Positions 63,057 to 64,000 of a stretch of 64,000 nucleotides of DNA are shown piece by piece. The stretch is from Bugula neritina (lineage: Eukaryota > Animalia > Bryozoa), in assembly GCA_964035545.1 (NCBI GenBank), contig OZ037769.1, positions 5,437,929 to 5,501,928 on the forward strand, given 5' to 3'. Made by a program: the position numbers and the translations under genes. Position 1 is the stretch's first letter. The number at the start of each line of letters is the position of its first letter. The notes under the pieces are model-generated. The model did no database searches. It worked only from the letters and a program-made list of their open reading frames with translations, and had not been told where the DNA came from.

Positions 63057-64000
63057 TGTAACGTTTTGTAAATATTATTATAGCTGTTGTGTGGTTTTCC
63101 TTTATGTCCTAAATTCCTTCATCTTTGTGGTTTATATAATATATGTTGTCTGTCTTAGAAATGTGTTCGTAGTGATTAGTTGTGCTTTCAAAATAAAGAT
63201 ATTTCAGTGAACTTTAAGTATAATACTATTACAAGCTATTTCGGCATTTATCAGTGGTAGAAATATGGCAGTCAGGGTGTCGGATCTAGTGAAAAATTAT
63301 GAGGACAGTTCGGTTAGTGGAGACTTTACTGAGTGGTGTGAGAAGCTGGAGCTAGTAGCAAAGTTACAGAAAGTAGAAGATCTTGCATCGTTTCTGCCAT
63401 TATTCTTGGCAGGTCCAGCGTTTGCTGTGTATAAACAGTTTTCAGAGGATGTTAAATCAGACTTTCCGAAGTTAAAGGCTGAACTGATGACGTCATTCTG
63501 TGAGAGCAGTTACAGTGCTTACGATCAACTTAGATCAAGAAGTCTAAAAGAAGGTGAGGCTGTAGATGTCTATGTAGCTGACTTGAGAAGGCTAGTAACA
63601 CTGATAGGTCAGAAAACTCCTGAGCCTTTACTGAAATGTGCATTTATTGCTGGTTTGCCAGTGGATGTTGCTACACAAATAAAATCTGTCGCTGCTGTTG
63701 AAAAGTTGAGCTTAGAAGAGTTAGTTGGTAGAGCTAGGATAATGTTATCAACAGCAACTGTAGACACTTTGACACCCTGTGCTGCTGGTAGGAATGTTAC
63801 TAGAAAGTGTTTTAAATGTTTTTCACCACACCATTCAGCTTGGAGCTGTAACACTGGAAAAAGTCAAAATGGGAACATGAATGCTAATCGGAATGCCAAT
63901 AATCATCAACAATACAGAAAATGGAGCATTCAGTGCTACAATTGTCAGGCTTGGGGGCATATTAGTAGGAATTGCCCACAGGGAAACGGCGCTGGGGCAG
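63057..64000 (+). mobile_element. LTR retrotransposon (Ty3/Gypsy-like), 5' part, truncated by the window end
   Basis: Putative short LTR TGTAAC...TCA (~63057-63253; left boundary uncertain) containing AATAAA. It is followed by a PBS-like TGGTAG at 63255 and an intronless gag ORF. Confidence 0.75.
63265..64000 (+). CDS. gag: Retrotransposon Gag with two CCHC zinc knuckles (open at the window end)
   Basis: MAVRVSDLVKNYEDSSVSGDFTEWCEKLELVAKLQ...LKEGEAVDVYVADLRRL...AFIAGLP...CFKCFSPHHSAWSC...CYNCQAWGHISRNC; no stop in 245 codons. Confidence 0.88.
   Translation, partial: MAVRVSDLVKNYEDSSVSGDFTEWCEKLELVAKLQKVEDLASFLPLFLAGPAFAVYKQFSEDVKSDFPKLKAELMTSFCESSYSAYDQLRSRSLKEGEAVDVYVADLRRLVTLIGQKTPEPLLKCAFIAGLPVDVATQIKSVAAVEKLSLEELVGRARIMLSTATVDTLTPCAAGRNVTRKCFKCFSPHHSAWSCNTGKSQNGNMNANRNANNHQQYRKWSIQCYNCQAWGHISRNCPQGNGAGA

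Noticed and set aside
63609-63854. Minus-strand 81-aa ORF
   Set aside because: Antisense to retrotransposon gag.

Overview
AT-rich, intron-containing animal genomic DNA (invertebrate-like; the taxon cannot be fixed from sequence alone). Assembling exons by hand from GT-AG sites and reading phase gives, left to right: (1) an isolated minus-strand exon encoding a likely type II membrane anchor (569-769); (2) a 5-exon, ~436-aa alpha-crystallin/HSP20 protein with a signal peptide, an 8-aa E/Q/R repeat and a C-terminal ...IEEL (5020-7598, +); (3) a CD63-like tetraspanin (-) with 2-4 candidate alternative last exons, head-to-head with (4) an 11-exon LIMP-2/SCARB2-like CD36-family gene (+), the two sharing a promoter with NRF1, E-box and M-box motifs; (5) a tandem array of eight short, very Cys-rich caveolins (-, 26.5-44.2 kb) with an interleaved E1-E1-E2-E2 unit, exon-limited homogenisation, a 2.6-kb tandem duplication and recurrent RFX X-box-like motifs; (6) an F-box gene whose ATG lies 72 nt after the stop of a 4-exon NCBP2AS2 homolog (candidate dicistronic unit); (7) a 13-exon MEIOB with an N/Q-rich N-terminal extension; (8) the 5' end of an LTR retrotransposon (gag, two CCHC knuckles, in-frame G GGA AAC slippery site). 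A tRNA-derived SINE (6 copies), several MITEs and many minisatellites are interspersed. Most short ORFs in the supplied track are exon fragments, antisense shadows or repeat artefacts. Homology calls come from motif recognition, not database searches.
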